From Eledone cirrhosa (taxonomy: Eukaryota), in assembly GCA_964016885.1 (NCBI GenBank), contig OZ024756.1:10788001-10852000 (forward strand): a stretch of 64,000 bases of DNA. Direction: 5' to 3'. Numbering within the stretch: the stretch's first letter is position 1; every line of letters starts with the position of its first letter. The position numbers and the translations under genes are program-made. The notes under the pieces were generated by a model. The model had not been told where the DNA came from. It made no database searches and was given only the letters and a program-made list of their open reading frames with translations. Positions 28,401-43,400 of the stretch are shown here, piece after piece.

Positions 28401-31400
28401 CAATGTGTTTCTGTCTGTCAATGTGTTGCTGTCTGTCAATGTGTTGTTGTCTGTCAATGTGTTGTTGTTGTCTGTCACTGTGTTGCTGTCTGTCAATGTG
28501 TTGCTGTCTGTGAATGTGTTGTTGTTGTCTGTCAATGTGTTGTTGTCTATCAATGTGTTGCTGACCGTCAATGTGTTGCTGCCTGTCAATGTGTTGCTGT
28601 GTGTCAATGCGTTGTTGTCTGTCAATGTGTTTCTGTCTGTCAATGTGTTGTTGTTGTCTGTCACTGTGTTGCTGTCTGTCAATGTGTTGTTGTCTGTCAA
28701 TGTGTTGTTGTCTGTCAATGTGTTTCTGTCTGTCAATGTGTTTCTGTTTGTCAATGTGTTGCTGTCTGTCAATGTGATGTTGTCTGTCAATGTGTTTCTG
28801 TCTGTCAATGTGTTGTTGTTGTCTGTCACTGTGTTTCTGTCTGTCAATGTGTTGTTGTTGTCTGTCACTGTGTTGCTGACTGTCAATGTGTTGTTGTCTG
28901 TCAATGTGTTGCTGTGTGTCAATGTGTTGCTGTCTGTCAATGTGTTGTTGTCTGTCAATGTGTTTCTGTCTGTCAATGTGTTGTTGCTGTCTGTCAATGT
29001 GTTGTTGTCTGTCACTGTGTTGCTGTCTGTCAATGTGTTGCTGTCTGTCAATGTGTTGTTGTCTGTCAATGTGTTGCTGTCTGTCAATGTGTTGCTGTCT
29101 GTCAATGTGTTGCTGTCTGTCAATGTGTTTTTGTCTGTCTAGGTGTTGTTGCTGTCTGTCAATGTGTTGCTGTCTGTCAATGTGTTGCTGTCTGTCAATG
29201 TGTATTTGTCTGTCAATGTGTTGTTGCTGTCTGTCAATGTGTTGCTGTCTTTCAATGTATTGCTATCTGTCAATGTGTTGCTGTCTGTCAATATATTGTT
29301 GTCTGTCAATGTGTTGCTGTGTGTCAATGTGTTGCTGTCTGTCAATGTGTTGCTGTCTGTCAATGTGTTGCTGTCTATCAATGTGTTGCTGTCTGTCAAT
29401 ATATTGTTGTCTGTCAATGTGTTGCTGTCTGTCAATGTATTGCTGTCTGTCAATGTGTTGCTGTCTGTCAATATATTGATGTCTGTCAATGTGTTGCTGT
29501 GTGTCAACGTGCTGTTGTCTGTCAATGTGTTGTTGTCTGTCAGTGTGTTGCTGTCTGTCAATGTGCTGTTGTCTGTCAATGTGTTGCTGTCTGTCAATGT
29601 GTTGTTGATTGTCAATGTGTTGCTGTGTGTCAATGTGTTGCTGTCTGTCAATGTATTGGTGTCGGTCAATGTGTTGCTGTCTGTCAATGTGTTGCTGTCT
29701 TTCAATGTGTTGCTGTGTGTCAATGTGTTGCTGTCTGTCAATGTATTGGTGTCGGTCAATGTGTTGTTGTCTGTCAATGTGTTGCTGTCTGTCAATGTGT
29801 TGCTGTGTGTCAATGTGTTGCTGTCTGTCAATGTATTGGTGTCTGTCAATGTGTTGCTGTCTGTCAATGTGTTGCTGTGTGTCAATGTGTTGCTGTGTGT
29901 CAATGTGTTGCTGTCTGTCAATGTATTGGTGTCGGTCAATGTGTCGCTGTCTGTCAATGTGTTGCTGTCTGTCAATGTGCTGTTGTCTGTCAATGTATTG
30001 TTGTCTGTCAATGTATTGCTGTCTGTGAATGTGTTGCTGTCTGTCAATGTGTTGTTGTCTGTCAATGTATTGCTGTTTGTCAACGTGTTGCTGTCTGTCA
30101 ATGTGTTGCTGACTGTCAATGTGTTGCTGTCTGTTAATGTGTTGCTTCCTGTCAGGGTATTGTTGTGTGTCTGTCAATGTGCGGTTGTCTGTCAATGTAT
30201 TATTGTCTGCCAATGTGCTGTTGTCTGTCAATGTGTTGCTGTCTGTCAATGTGCTGTTGTCTGTCAATGTATTATTGTCTGTCAATGTGCTGTTGACTGT
30301 CAATGTGTTGCTGTGTGTCAATGTGTTGCTGTGTGTCAATGTGTTTCTGTCTGTCAATGTGCTGCTGTCTGTTATTGTGCTGCTGTCTGTCAATGTGTTG
30401 TTGCTGTCTGTCAATGTTTTGCTGTCTGTCAATGTATTGCTGTCTGTCAATGTCTTGCTGTCTGTTAATGTGTTGCTGTCTGTTAATGTGTTGCTGTCTG
30501 TCAATGTGTTGCTGACTGTCAATGTGTTGCTGTCTGTTAATGTGTTGCTGCCTCTCAGGGTATTGTTGTGTGTCTGTCAATGTGCGGTTGTCTGTCAATG
30601 TATTATTGTCTGTCAATGTGCTGTTGTCTGTCAATGTGTTGCTGTCTGTCAATGTGCTGTTGTCTGTCAATGTATTATTGTCTGTCAATGTGCTGCTGTC
30701 TGTCAATGTGTTGTCTGTCTGTTAATGTGTTGCTGTCTATTAATGTGTTGCTGTGTGTCAATGTGTTGCTGTCTGTCAATGTGTTGTTGTCTGTCAATGT
30801 GTTTCTGTCTGTCAATGTGTTGCTGTCTGTCAATGTGTTGCTGTCTGTTAATGTGTTGCTGTCTGTTAATGTGTTGTTGTCTTTCATTGTGTTGCTGTCT
30901 GTCAATGTGTTGCTGCCTGTCAATGTGTTGCTGTGTGTCAATGCGTTGTTGTCTGTCAATGTGTTTCTGTCAATGTGTTGTTGCTGTCTGTCAATGTTTT
31001 GCTGTCTGTCAATGTGTTGCTGTCTGTTAATGTGTTGCTGTCTGTTAATGTGTTGTTGTCTGTCAATGTGTTGTTGTCTTTCAATGTGTTGCTGCCTGTC
31101 AATGTGTTGCTGTGTGTCAATGTGTTGCTGTGTGTCAATGCGTTGTTGTCTGTCAATGTGTTGCTGTCTGTTAATGTGTTGCTGTCTGTCAATGTGTTGC
31201 TGTCTGTTAATGTGTTGCTGTCTGTTAATGTGTTGTTGTCTGTCAATGTGTTGCTGTCTGTTAATGTGTTGCTGTCTGTTAATGTGTTGTTGTCTGTCAA
31301 TGTGTTGTTGTCTTTCAATGTGTTGCTGTCTGTCAATGTGTTGCTGCCTGTCAATGTGTTGCTGTGTGTCAATGCGTTGTTGTCTGTCAATGTGTTTCTG

Positions 31401-34400
31401 TCAATGTGTTGTTGCTGTCTGTCAATGTTTTGCTGTCTGTCAATGTATTGCTGTCTGTCAATGTCTTGCTGTCTGTCAAAGTGTTACTACCTGTCAATGT
31501 GTTGCTGTCTGTCAATGTGTTTTTGTGTGTCTGTCAATGTGTTGCTGTCTGTCAATGTGTTACAGTGTGTCAATGTGTTGTTGTCTGTCAATATTTAGCT
31601 GTCTGTCAATGTGTTGTTGTCTGTCAAAGTGTTGCTGTGTGTCTGTCCATGTGTTGCTGTCTGTCAATGTGTTGCTGTATGTCAATGTGTAGCTGTCTGT
31701 CAATGTGTTGCTGTCTGTCACTGTGTTGTTGTGTGTCTGTCAATATGTTTCTGTCTGTCAATGTGTTGTTGTGTGTCTGTCAATGTGTTGCTGTCAGTCA
31801 ATGTGTTTCTGTCAGTCAACGTGTTGTTGTGTGTCTGTCAATGTGTTGCTGTCTGTCAATGTGTTGCTGTCTGTCAATATGTTGCTGTCTGTCAATGTGT
31901 TGCTGTCTGTCAATGTGTTGCTGTCTGTCAATGTGTTGCTGTCTGTTAATGTGTTGTTGTCTGTCAATGTGTTGCTGTCTGTCAATGTGTTGCTGTCTGT
32001 CAATGTATTGCTGTTTGTCAATGTGTTGCTGTCTGACATTTTGTTGCTGTCTGTCAATGTGTTGCTGTCTGTCCTTGTGTTGCTGTCTGTTAATGTGTTG
32101 TTGTCTGTCAATGTGTTGCTGTCTGTCAATGTGTTGCTGTCTGTCAATGTATTGCTGTCTGTCAATGTATTGCTGTCTGTCAATGTGTTGCTGTCTGTCA
32201 ATGTGTTGCTGTCTGTCAATGTGTTGCTGTCTGTCAATGTGTTGCTGTCTGTTAATGTGTTGTTGTCTGTCAATGTGTTGCTGTCTGTCAATGTGTTGCT
32301 GTCTGTCAATGTGTTGCTGTCTGTTAATGTGTTGTTGTCTGTCAATTTGTTGCTGTCTGTCAATGTGTTGCTATCTGTCAAGGTGTTGCTGTCTGTTAAT
32401 GTGTTGTTGTCTGTCAATGTGTTGCTGTCTGTCAATGTATTGCTGTCTGTCAATGTGTTGCTGTCTGTCAACGTATTGTTGTCTTCACTGTGTTGCTGTG
32501 TGTCAATGTATTGTTGTGTGTCTGTCAATGTGTTGCTGCCTGTCAATGTGTTGTTGTGTGTCTGTCAATGTGTTGCTGCCTGTCAATGTGTTGTTGTGTG
32601 TCAATGTGTTGCAGTCTGTCAATGTGTTGTTGTCTGTCAATGTGTTGCTGTCTGTCAATGTGTTGCTGTCTGTCAATCTGCTGTTGTCTGTCAATATATT
32701 GTTGTCTGTCAATGTGTTGCTGTCTGTCAATCTGTTTCTGTCTATCAATGTGTTGCTGTCTGTCAATGTGTTGCTGTCTGTCAATGTGTTGCTGTCTGTC
32801 AATATGTTGTTGTTGTCTGTCACTTAGTTGCTGTCTGTCAATGTATTGCTGTCTGTCAATGTGTTGCTGTCTGTCAATGTGTTGCTGTCTGTCAATGTGT
32901 TGCTGTCTGTCAATGTATTGCTGTCTGTCAATGTGTTGCTGTCTGTCACTGTGTCTCTGTCTGTCAATGTATTGCTGTCTGTCAATCTGTTGCTGTCTGT
33001 CAATGTGTTGCTGTGTGTCAATGTGTTGCTGTCTGTCAATGTGTTGCTGTCTGTCAATGTGTTGTTGTCTGTCAATGTGTTGTTGTTGTCTGTCACTGTG
33101 TTGCTGTCTGTCAATGTGTTGTTGTCTGTCAATATGTTGCTGTGTGTCAATGTGTTGCTGTCTGTCAATGTGTTGTTGTCTGTCGATGTGTTGTTGCTGT
33201 CTGTCAATGTGTTGCTCTCTGTCAATGTGTTGTTGTCTGTCAATGTGTTGTTGTCTGTCAATGTGTTGCTGTCTGTCAATGTGTTGTTGTCTGTCAATGT
33301 GTTTCTGTCTGTCAATGTGTTGTTGTCTGTCAATGTGTTGCTGTCTGTCAATGTGTTGCTGCCTGTCAATGTGTTGCTGTGTGTCAATGCGTTGTTGTCT
33401 GTCAATGTGTTTCTGTCTGTCAATGTGTTGTTGTTGTCTGTCAATGAGTTGTTGTCTGTCAATGTGTTGCTGTCTGTCAATGTGTTGCTGTCTGTCAATA
33501 TGTTGCCGTCTGTCAATGTGTTGTTGTCTGTCATTGTGTTGTTGTCTGTCAATGTGTTGTTGTCTGTCTTTGAGTTTCTGTCTGTCAATGTGTTTCTGTC
33601 TGTCAATGTGTTGTTGTTGTCTGTCAATGTGTTGCTGTCTGTCAATGTGTTGTTGTCTGTCAATGTGTTGCTGTGTGTCAATGTGTTGCTGTCTGTCAAT
33701 GTGTTGTTGTCTGTCAATGTGTTGCTGTCTGTCAATGTGTTTCTGTCTGTCAATGTGTTGCTGTCTGTCAATGTGTTGTTGTCTGTCAATGTGTTGTTGT
33801 CTGTCAATGTGTTGTTGTTGTCTGTCACTGTGTTGCTGTCTGTCAATGTGTTGCTGTCTGTCAATGTGTTGTTGTTGTCTGTCAATGTGTTGTTGTCTAT
33901 CAATGTGTTTCTGTCTGTCAATGTGTTGTTGTCTGTCAATGTGTTGCTGTGTGTCAATGTGTTGCTGTCTGTCAATGTGTTGTTGTCTGTCAATGTGTTT
34001 CTGTTTGTCAATGTGTTGTTGCTGTCTGTCAATGTGTTTCTGTCTGTCAATGTGTTGCTGTCTGTCAATGTGTTGTTGTCTGTCAATGTGTTGTTGTCTG
34101 TCAATGTGTTGTTGTTGTCTGTCACTGTGTTGCTGTCTGTCAATGTGTTGCTGTCTGTCAATGTGTTGTTGTTGTCTGTCAATGTGTTGTTGTCTATCAA
34201 TGTGTTTCTGTCTGTCAATGTGTTGTTGTCTGTCAATGTGTTGCTGACCGTCAATGTGTTGCTGCCTGTCGATGTGTTGCTGTGTGTCAATGCGTTGTTG
34301 TCTGTCAATGTGTTTCTGTCTGTCAATGTGTTGTTGTTGTCTGGCACTGTGTTGCTGTCTGTCAATGTGTTGTTGTCTGTCAATGTGTTGTTGTCTGTCA

Positions 34401-37400
34401 ATGTGTTTCTGTCTGTCAATGTGTTTCTGTCTGTCAATGTGTTGCTGTCTGTCAATGTGCTGTTGTCTGTCAATGTGTTTCTGTCTGTCAATGTGTTGTT
34501 GTTGTCTGTCACTGTGTTGCTGTCTGTCAATGTGTTGTTGTCTGTAAATGTGTTGCTGTGTGTCAATGTGTTGCTGTCTGTCAATGTGTTGTTGTCTGTC
34601 AATGTGTTTCTGTCTGTCAATGTGTTGTTGCTGTCTGTCAATGTGTTGCTGTCTGTCAATGTGTTGCTGTCTGTCAATGTGTTGTTGTCTGTCAATGTGT
34701 TTCTGTCTGTCAATGTGTTGTTGCTGTCTGTCAATGTGTTTCTGTCTGTCAATGTGTTGCTGTCTGTCAATGTGTTGTTGTCTGTCAATGTGTTGTTGTC
34801 TGTCAATGTGTTTCTGTCTGTCAATGTGTTGTTGTTGTCTGTCACTGTGTTGCTGTCTGTCAATGTGTTGTTGTCTGTCAATGTGTTGCCGTGTGTCAAT
34901 GTGTTGCTGTCTGTCAATGTGTTTCTGTCTGTCAATGTGTTGTTGCTGTCTGTCAATGTGTTGTTGTCTGTCACTGTGTTGCTCTCAGTCAATGTGTTGC
35001 TGTCTGTCAATGTGTTGTTGTCTGTCAATGTGTTGCTGTCTGTCAATGTGTTGCTGTCTGTCAATGTGTTTTTGTCTGTCAATGTGTTGTTGCTGTCTGT
35101 CAATGTGTTGCTGTCTGTCAATCTGTTGCTGTCTGTCAATGTGTTGCTGTCTGTCAATGTGTTGCTGTCTGTCAATGTGTTTGTGTCTGTTAATGTGTTG
35201 TTGCTGTCTGTCAATGTGTTGCTGTCTGTCAATGTATTGCTGTCTGTCAATGTGTTGCTGTCTGTCAATATATTGTTGTCTGTCAATGTGTTGCTGTGTG
35301 TCAATGTGTTGCTGTCTGTCAATGTGTTGCTGTCTGTCAATATGTTGCTGTCTGTTAATATATTGTTGTCTGTCAATGTGTTGCTGTCTGTCAATGTATT
35401 GCTGTCTGTCAATGTGTGTCTGTCTGTCAATATATTGTTGTCTGTCAATGTGTTGCTGTGTGTCAATGTGCTGTTGTCTGTCAATGTGTTGTTGTCTGGC
35501 AATGTGTTGCTGTGTGTCAATGTGCTGTTGTCTATCAATGTGTTGCTGTCTGTCAATGTGATGCTGTGTGTCAATGTGTTGCTGTGTGTCAATGTGTTGC
35601 TGTCTGTCAATGTATTGGTGTCTGCCAATGTGTTGCTGTCTGTCAATGTGTTGCTGTCTGTCAATGTGTTGCTGTCTGTTAATGTGTTGTTGTCTGTCAA
35701 TGTGTTGCTGTCTGTCAATGTGTTGCTGTCTGTCAATGTGTTGCTGTCTGTTAATGTGTTGTTGTCTGTCAATGTGTTGCTGTCTGTCAATGTGTTGCTA
35801 TCTGTCAATGTGTTGCTGTCTGTTAATGTGTTGTTGTCTGTCAATGTGTTGCTGTCTGTCAATGTATTGCTGTCTGTCAATGTGTTGCTGTCTGTCAATG
35901 TATTGTTGTCTGTCACTGTGTTGCTGTGTGTCAATGTGTTGTTGTGTGTCTGTCAATGTGTTGCTGCCTGTCAATGTGTTGTTGTATGTCTGTCAATGTG
36001 TTGCTGCCTGTCAATGTGTTGTTGTGTGTCAATGTGTTGCAGTCTGTCAATGTGTTGTTGTCTGTCAATGTGTTGCTGTCTGTCAATGTGTTTTGATGTC
36101 TGTCAATGTGCTGTTGTCTGTCAATATATTGTTGTCTGTCAATGTGTTGCTGTCTGTCAATCTGTTTCTGTCTGTCAATGTGTTGCTGTGTGTCAATGTG
36201 TTGCTGTCTGTCAATGTGTTGCTGTCTGTCAATGTGTTGCTGTCTGTCAATGTGTTGTTGTTGTCTGTCACTGTGTTGCTGTCTGTCAATGTATTGCTGT
36301 CTGTCAATGTGTTGCTGTCTGTCAATGTGTTGCTGTCTGTCAATGTATTGCTGTCTGTCAATGTGTTGCTGTCTGTCAATGTATTGCTTCTGTCAATGTG
36401 TTGCTGTTTGTCACTGTGTCGCTGTCTGTCAATGTATTGCTGTCTGTCAATCTGTTGCTGTCTGTCAATGTGTTGCTGTGTGTCAATGTGTTGCTGTCTG
36501 TCAATGTGTTGCTGTCTGTCAATGTGTTGTTGTCTGTCAATGTGTTGTTGTTGTCTGTCACTGTGTTGCTGTCTGTCAATGTGTTGTTGTCTGTCAATAT
36601 GTTGCTGTGTGTCAATGTGTTGCTGTCTGTCAATGTGTTGTTGTCTGTCGATGTGTTGTTGCTGTCTGTCAATGTGTTGCTCTCTGTCAATGTGTTGTTG
36701 TCTGTCAATGTGTTGTTTTCTGTCAATGTGTTTCTGTCTGTCAATGTGTTGTTGTCTGTCAATGTGTTTATGTCCGTCAATGTGTTGTTGTCTGTCAATG
36801 TGTTGCTGTCTGTCAATTTGTTGTTGCTGTCTGTCAATGTGTTTCTGTCTGTCAATGTGTTGCTGTCTGTCAATGTGTTGTTGTCTGTCAATGTGTTGTT
36901 GTTGTCTGTCACTGTGTTGCTGTCTGTCAATGTGTTGCTGTCTGTGAATGTGTTGTTGTTGTCTGTCAATGTGTTGTTGTCTATCAATGTGTTGCTGACC
37001 GTCAATGTGTTGCTGCCTGTCAATGTGTTGCTGTGTGTCAATGCGTTGTTGTCTGTCAATGTGTTTCTGTCTGTCAATGTGTTGTTGTTGTCTGTCACTG
37101 TGTTGCTGTCTGTCAATGTGTTGTTGTCTGTCAATGTGTTGTTGTCTGTCAATGTGTTTCTGTCTGTCAATGTGTTTCTGTTTGTCAATGTGTTGCTGTC
37201 TGTCAATGTGATGTTGTCTGTCAATGTGTTTCTGTCTGTCAATGTGTTGTTGTTGTCTGTCACTGTGTTTCTGTCTGTCAATGTGTTGTTGTTGTCTGTC
37301 ACTGTGTTGCTGACTGTCAATGTGTTGTTGTCTGTCAATGTGTTGCTGTGTGTCAATGTGTTGCTGTCTGTCAATGTGTTGTTGTCTGTCAATGTGTTTC

Positions 37401-40400
37401 TGTCTGTCAATGTGTTGTTGCTGTCTGTCAATGTGTTGTTGTCTGTCACTGTGTTGCTGTCTGTCAATGTGTTGCTGTCTGTCAATGTGTTGTTGTCTGT
37501 CAATGTGTTGCTGTCTGTCAATGTGTTGCTGTCTGTCAATGTGTTGCTGTCTGTCAATGTGTTTTTGTCTGTCTAGGTGTTGTTGCTGTCTGTCAATGTG
37601 TTGCTGTCTGTCAATGTGTTGCTGTCTGTCAATGTGTATTTGTCTGTCAATGTGTTGTTGCTGTCTGTCAATGTGTTGCTGTCTTTCAATGTATTGCTAT
37701 CTGTCAATGTGTTGCTGTCTGTCAATATATTGTTGTCTGTCAATGTGTTGCTGTGTGTCAATGTGTTGCTGTCTGTCAATGTGTTGCTGTCTGTCAATGT
37801 GTTGCTGTCTATCAATGTGTTGCTGTCTGTCAATATATTGTTGTCTGTCAATGTGTTGCTGTCTGTCAATGTATTGCTGTCTGTCAATGTGTTGCTGTCT
37901 GTCAATATATTGATGTCTGTCAATGTGTTGCTGTGTGTCAACGTGCTGTTGGCTGTCAATGTGTTGTTGTCTGTCAGTGTGTTGTTGATTGTCAATGTGT
38001 TGCTGTGTGTCAATGTGTTGCTGTCTGTCAATGTATTGGTGTCGGTCAATGTGTTGCTGTCTGTCAATGTGTTGCTGTCTTTCAATGTGTTGCTGTGTGT
38101 CAATGTGTTGCTGTCTGTCAATGTATTGGTGTCGGTCAATGTGTTGTTGTCTGTCAATGTGTTGCTGTCTGTCAATGTGTTGCTGTGTGTCAATGTGTTG
38201 CTGTCTGTCAATGTATTGGTGTCTGTCAATGTGTTGCTGTCTGTCAATGTGTTGCTGTGTGTCAATGTGTTGCTGTGTGTCAATGTGTTGCTGTCTGTCA
38301 ATGTATTGGTGTCGGTCAATGTGTCGCTGTCTGTCAATGTGTTGCTGTCTGTCAATGTGCTGTTGTCTGTCAATGTATTGTTGTCTGTCAATGTATTGCT
38401 GTCTGTGAATGTGTTGCTGTCTGTCAATGTGTTGTTGTCTGTCAATGTATTGCTGTTTGTCAACGTGTTGCTGTCTGTCAATGTGTTGCTGACTGTCAAT
38501 GTGTTGCTGTCTGTTAATGTGTTGCTTCCTGTCAGGGTATTGTTGTGTGTCTGTCAATGTGCGGTTGTCTGTCAATGTATTATTGTCTGTCAATGTGCTG
38601 TTGTCTGTCAATGTGTTGCTGTCTGTCAATGTGCTGTTGTCTGTCAATGTATTATTGTCTGTCAATGTGCTGTTGACTGTCAATGTGTTGCTGTGTGTCA
38701 ATGTGTTGCTGTGTGTCAATGTGTTTCTGTCTGTCAATGTGCTGCTGTCTGTTATTGTGCTGCTGTCTGTCAATGTGTTGTTGCTGTCTGTCAATGTTTT
38801 GCTGTCTGTCAATGTATTGCTGTCTGTCAATGTGTTGCTGTCTGTTAATGTGTTGCTGTCTGTTAATGTGTTGCTGTCTGTCAATGTGTTGCTGACTGTC
38901 AATGTGTTGCTGTCTGTTAATGTGTTGCTGCCTCTCAGGGTATTGTTTTGTGTCTGTCAATGTGCGGTTGTCTGTCAATGTATTATTGTCTGTCAATGTG
39001 CTGTTGTCTGTCAATGTGTTGTTGTCTGTCAATGTGCTGTTGTCTGTCAATGTATTATTGTCTGTCAATGTGCTGCTGTCTGTCAATGTGTTGTCTGTCT
39101 GTTAATGTGTTGCTGTCTATTAATGTGTTGCTGTGTGTCAATGTGTTGCTGTCTGTCAATGTGTTGTTGTCTGTCAATGTGTTTCTGTCTGTGAATGTGC
39201 TGTTGCTGTTTGTCAATGTGTTGTTGTCTGTCAATGTGTTGCTGTCTGTCAATGTGTTGCTGTCTGTTAATGTGTTGCTGTCTGTTAATGTGTTGTTGTC
39301 TGTCAATGTGTTGTTGTCTTTCAATGTGTTGCTGTCTGTCAATGTGTTGCTGCCTGTCAATGTGTTGCTGTGTGTCAATGCGTTGTTGTCTGTGAATGTG
39401 TTTCTGTCAATGTGTTGTTGCTGTCTGTCAATGTTTTGCTGTCTGTCAATGTATTGCTGTCTGTCAATGTCTTGCTGTCTGTCAAAGTGTTACTACCTGT
39501 CAATGTGTTGCTGTCTGTCAATGTGTTGTTGTGTGTCTGTCAATGTGTTGCTGTCTGTCAATGTGTTACAGTGTGTCAATGTGTTGTTGTCTGTCAATAT
39601 TTAGCTGTCTGTCAATGTGTTGTTGTCTGTCAAAGTGTTGCTGTGTGTCTGTCCATGTGTTGCTGTCTGTCAATGTGTTGCTGTATGTCAATGTGTAGCT
39701 GTCTGTCAATGTGTTGCTGTCTGTCACTGTGTTGTTGTGTGTCTGTCAATATGTTTCTGTCTGTCAATGTGTTGTTGTGTGTCTGTCAATGTGTTGCTGT
39801 CAGTCAATGTGTTTCTGTCAGTCAACGTGTTGTTGTGTGTCTGTCAATGTGTTGCTGTCTGTCAATGTGTTGCTGTCTGTCAATATGTTGCTGTCTGTCA
39901 ATGTGTTGCTGTCTGTCAATGTGTTGCTGTCTGTCAATGTGTTGCTGTCTGTTAATGTGTTGTTGTCTGTCAATGTGTTGCTGTCTGTCAATGTGTTGCT
40001 GTCTGTCAATGTATTGCTGTTTGTCAATGTGTTGCTGTCTGACATTGTGTTGCTGTCTGTCAATGTGTTGCTGTCTGTCCTTGTGTTGCTGTCTGTTAAT
40101 GTGTTGTTGTCTGTCAATGTGTTGCTGTCTGTCAATGTGTTGCTGTCTGTCAATGTATTGCTGTCTGTCAATGTATTGCTGTCTGTCAATGTGTTGCTGT
40201 CTGTCAATGTGTTGCTGTCTGTCAATGTGTTGCTGTCTGTCAATGTGTTGCTGTCTGTTAATGTGTTGTTGTCTGTCAATGTGTTGCTGTCTGTCAATGT
40301 GTTGCTGTCTGTCAATGTGTTGCTGTCTGTTAATGTGTTGTTGTCTGTCAATGTGTTGCTGTCTGTCAATGTGTTGCTATCTGTCAAGGTGTTGCTGTCT

Positions 40401-43400
40401 GTTAAGGTGTTGTTGTCTGTCAATGTGTTGCTGTCTGTCAATGTATTGCTGTCTGTCAATGTGTTGCTGTCTGTCAACGTATTGTTGTCTGTCACTGTGT
40501 TGCTGTGTGTCAATGTATTGTTGTGTGTCTGTCAATGTGTTGCTGCCTGTCAATGTGTTGTTGTGTGTCTGTCAATGTGTTGCTGCCTGTCAATGTGTTG
40601 TTGTGTGTCAATGTGTTGCAGTCTGTCAATGTGTTGTTGTCTGTCAATGTGTTGCTGTCTGTCAATGTGTTGCTGTCTGTCAATCTGCTGTTGTCTGTCA
40701 ATATATTGTTGTCTGTCAATGTGTTGCTGTCTGTCAATCTGTTTCTGTCTATCAATGTGTTGCTGTCTGTCAATGTGTTGCTGTCTGTCAATGTGTTGCT
40801 GTCTGTCAATATGTTGTTGTTGTCTGTCACTTAGTTGCTGTCTGTCAATGTATTGCTGTCTGTCAATGTGTTGCTGTCTGTCAATGTGTTGCTGTCTGTC
40901 AATGTGTTGCTGTCTGTCAATGTATTGCTGTCTGTCAATGTGTTGCTGTCTGTCACTGTGTCTCTGTCTGTCAATGTATTGCTGTCTGTCAATCTGTTGC
41001 TGTCTGTCAATGTGTTGCTGTGTGTCAATGTGTTGCTGTCTGTCAATGTGTTGCTGTCTGTCAATGTGTTGTTGTCTGTCAATGTGTTGTTGTTGTCTGT
41101 CACTGTGTTGCTGTCTGTCAATGTGTTGTTGTCTGTCAATATGTTGCTGTGTGTCAATGTGTTACTGTCTGTCAATGTGTTGTTGTCTGTCGATGTGTTG
41201 TTGCTGTCTGTCAATGTGTTGCTCTCTGTCAATGTGTTGTTGTCTGTCAATGTGTTGTTGTCTGTCAATGTGTTGCTGTCTGTCAATGTGTTGTTGTCTG
41301 TCAATGTGTTTCTGTCTGTCAATGTGTTGTTGTCTGTCAATGTGTTGCTGTCTGTCAATGTGTTGCTGCCTGTCAATGTGTTGCTGTGTGTCAATGCGTT
41401 GTTGTCTGTCAATGTGTTTCTGTCTGTCAATGTGTTGTTGTTGTCTGTCAATGTGTTGTTGTCTGTCAATGTGTTGTTGTCTGTCAATGTGTTGCTGTCT
41501 GTCAATATGTTGCCGTCTGTCAATGTGTTGTTGTCTGTCATTGTGTTGTTGTCTGTCAATGTGTTGTTGTCTGTCTTTGAGTTTCTGTCTGTCAATGTGT
41601 TGCTGTCTGTCAATGTGTTGTTGTCTGTCAATGTGTTGTTGTCTGTCAATGTGTTTCTGTCTGTCAATGTGTTGTTGTTGTCTGTCAATGTGTTGCTGTC
41701 TGTCAATGTGTTGTTGTCTGTCAATGTGTTGCTGTGTGTCAATGTGTTGCTGTCTGTCAATGTGTTGTTGTCTGTCAATGTGTTGCTGTCTGTCAATGTG
41801 TTTCTGTCTGTCAATGTGTTGCTGTCTGTCAATGTGTTGTTGTCTGTCAATGTGTTGTTGTCTGTCAATGTGTTGTTGTTGTCTGTCACTGTGTTGCTGT
41901 CTGTCAATGTGTTGCTGTCTGTCAATGTGTTGTTGTTGTCTGTCAATGTGTTGTTGTCTATCAATGTGTTTCTGTCTGTCAATGTGTTGTTGTCTGTCAA
42001 TGTGTTGCTGTGTGTCAATGTGTTGCTGTCTGTCAATGTGTTGTTGTCTGTCAATGTGTTTCTGTTTGTCAATGTGTTGTTGCTGTCTGTCAATGTGTTT
42101 CTGTCTGTCAATGTGTTGCTGTCTGTCAATGTGTTGTTGTCTGTCAATGTGTTGTTGTCTGTCAATGTGTTGTTGTTGTCTGTCACTGTGTTGCTGTCTG
42201 TCAATGTGTTGCTGTCTGTCAATGTGTTGTTGTTGTCTGTCAATGTGTTGTTGTCTATCAATGTGTTTCTGTCTGTCAATGTGTTGTTGTCTGTCAATGT
42301 GTTGCTGACCGTCAATGTGTTGCTGCCTGTCAATGTGTTGCTGTGTGTCAATGCGTTGTTGTCTGTCAATGTGTTTCTGTCTGTCAATGTGTTGTTGTTG
42401 TCTGGCACTGTGTTGCTGTCTGTCAATGTGTTGTTGTCTGTCAATGTGTTGTTGTCTGTCAATGTGTTTCTGTCTGTCAATGTGTTTCTGTCTGTCAATG
42501 TGTTGCTGTCTGTCAATGTGCTGTTGTCTGTCAATGTGTTTCTGTCTGTCAATGTGTTGTTGTTGTCTGTCACTGTGTTGCTGTCTGTCAATGTGTTGTT
42601 GTCTGTCAATGTGTTGCTGTGTGTCAATGTGTTGCTGTCTGTCAATGTGTTGGTGTCTGTCAATGTGTTTCTGTCTGTCAATGTGTTGTTGCTGTCTGTC
42701 AATGTGTTGCTGTCTGTCAATGTGTTGCTGTCTGTCAATGTGTTGTTGTCTGTCAATGTGTTTCTGTCTGTCAATGTGTTGTTGCTGTCTGTCAATGTGT
42801 TTCTGTCTGTCAATGTGTTGCTGTCTGTCAATGTGTTGTTGTCTGTCAATGTGTTGTTGTCTGTCAATGTGTTTCTGTCTGTCAATGTGTTGTTGTTGTC
42901 TGTCACTGTGTTGCTGTCTGTCAATGTGTTGTTCTCTGTCAATGTGTTGCCGTGTGTCAATGTGTTGCTGTCTGTCAATGTGTTTCTGTCTGTCAATGTG
43001 TTGTTGCTGTCTGTCAATGTGTTGTTGTCTGTCACTGTGTTGCTCTCAGTCAATGTGTTGCTGTCTGTCAATGTGTTGTTGTCTGTCAATGTGTTGCTGT
43101 CTGTCAATGTGTTGCTGTCTGTCAATGTGTTTTTGTCTGTCAATGTGTTGTTGCTGTCTGTCAATGTGTTGCTGTCTGTCAATCTGTTGCTGTCTGTCAA
43201 TGTGTTGCTGTCTGTCAATGTGTTGCTGTCTGTCAATGTGTTTGTGTCTGTTAATGTGTTGTTGCTGTCTGTCAATGTGTTGCTGTCTGTCAATGTATTG
43301 ATGTCTGTCAATGTGTTGCTGTCTGTCAATATATTGTTTTCTGTCAATGTGTTGCTGTGTGTCAATGTGTTGCTGTCTGTCAATGTGTTGCTGTCTGTCA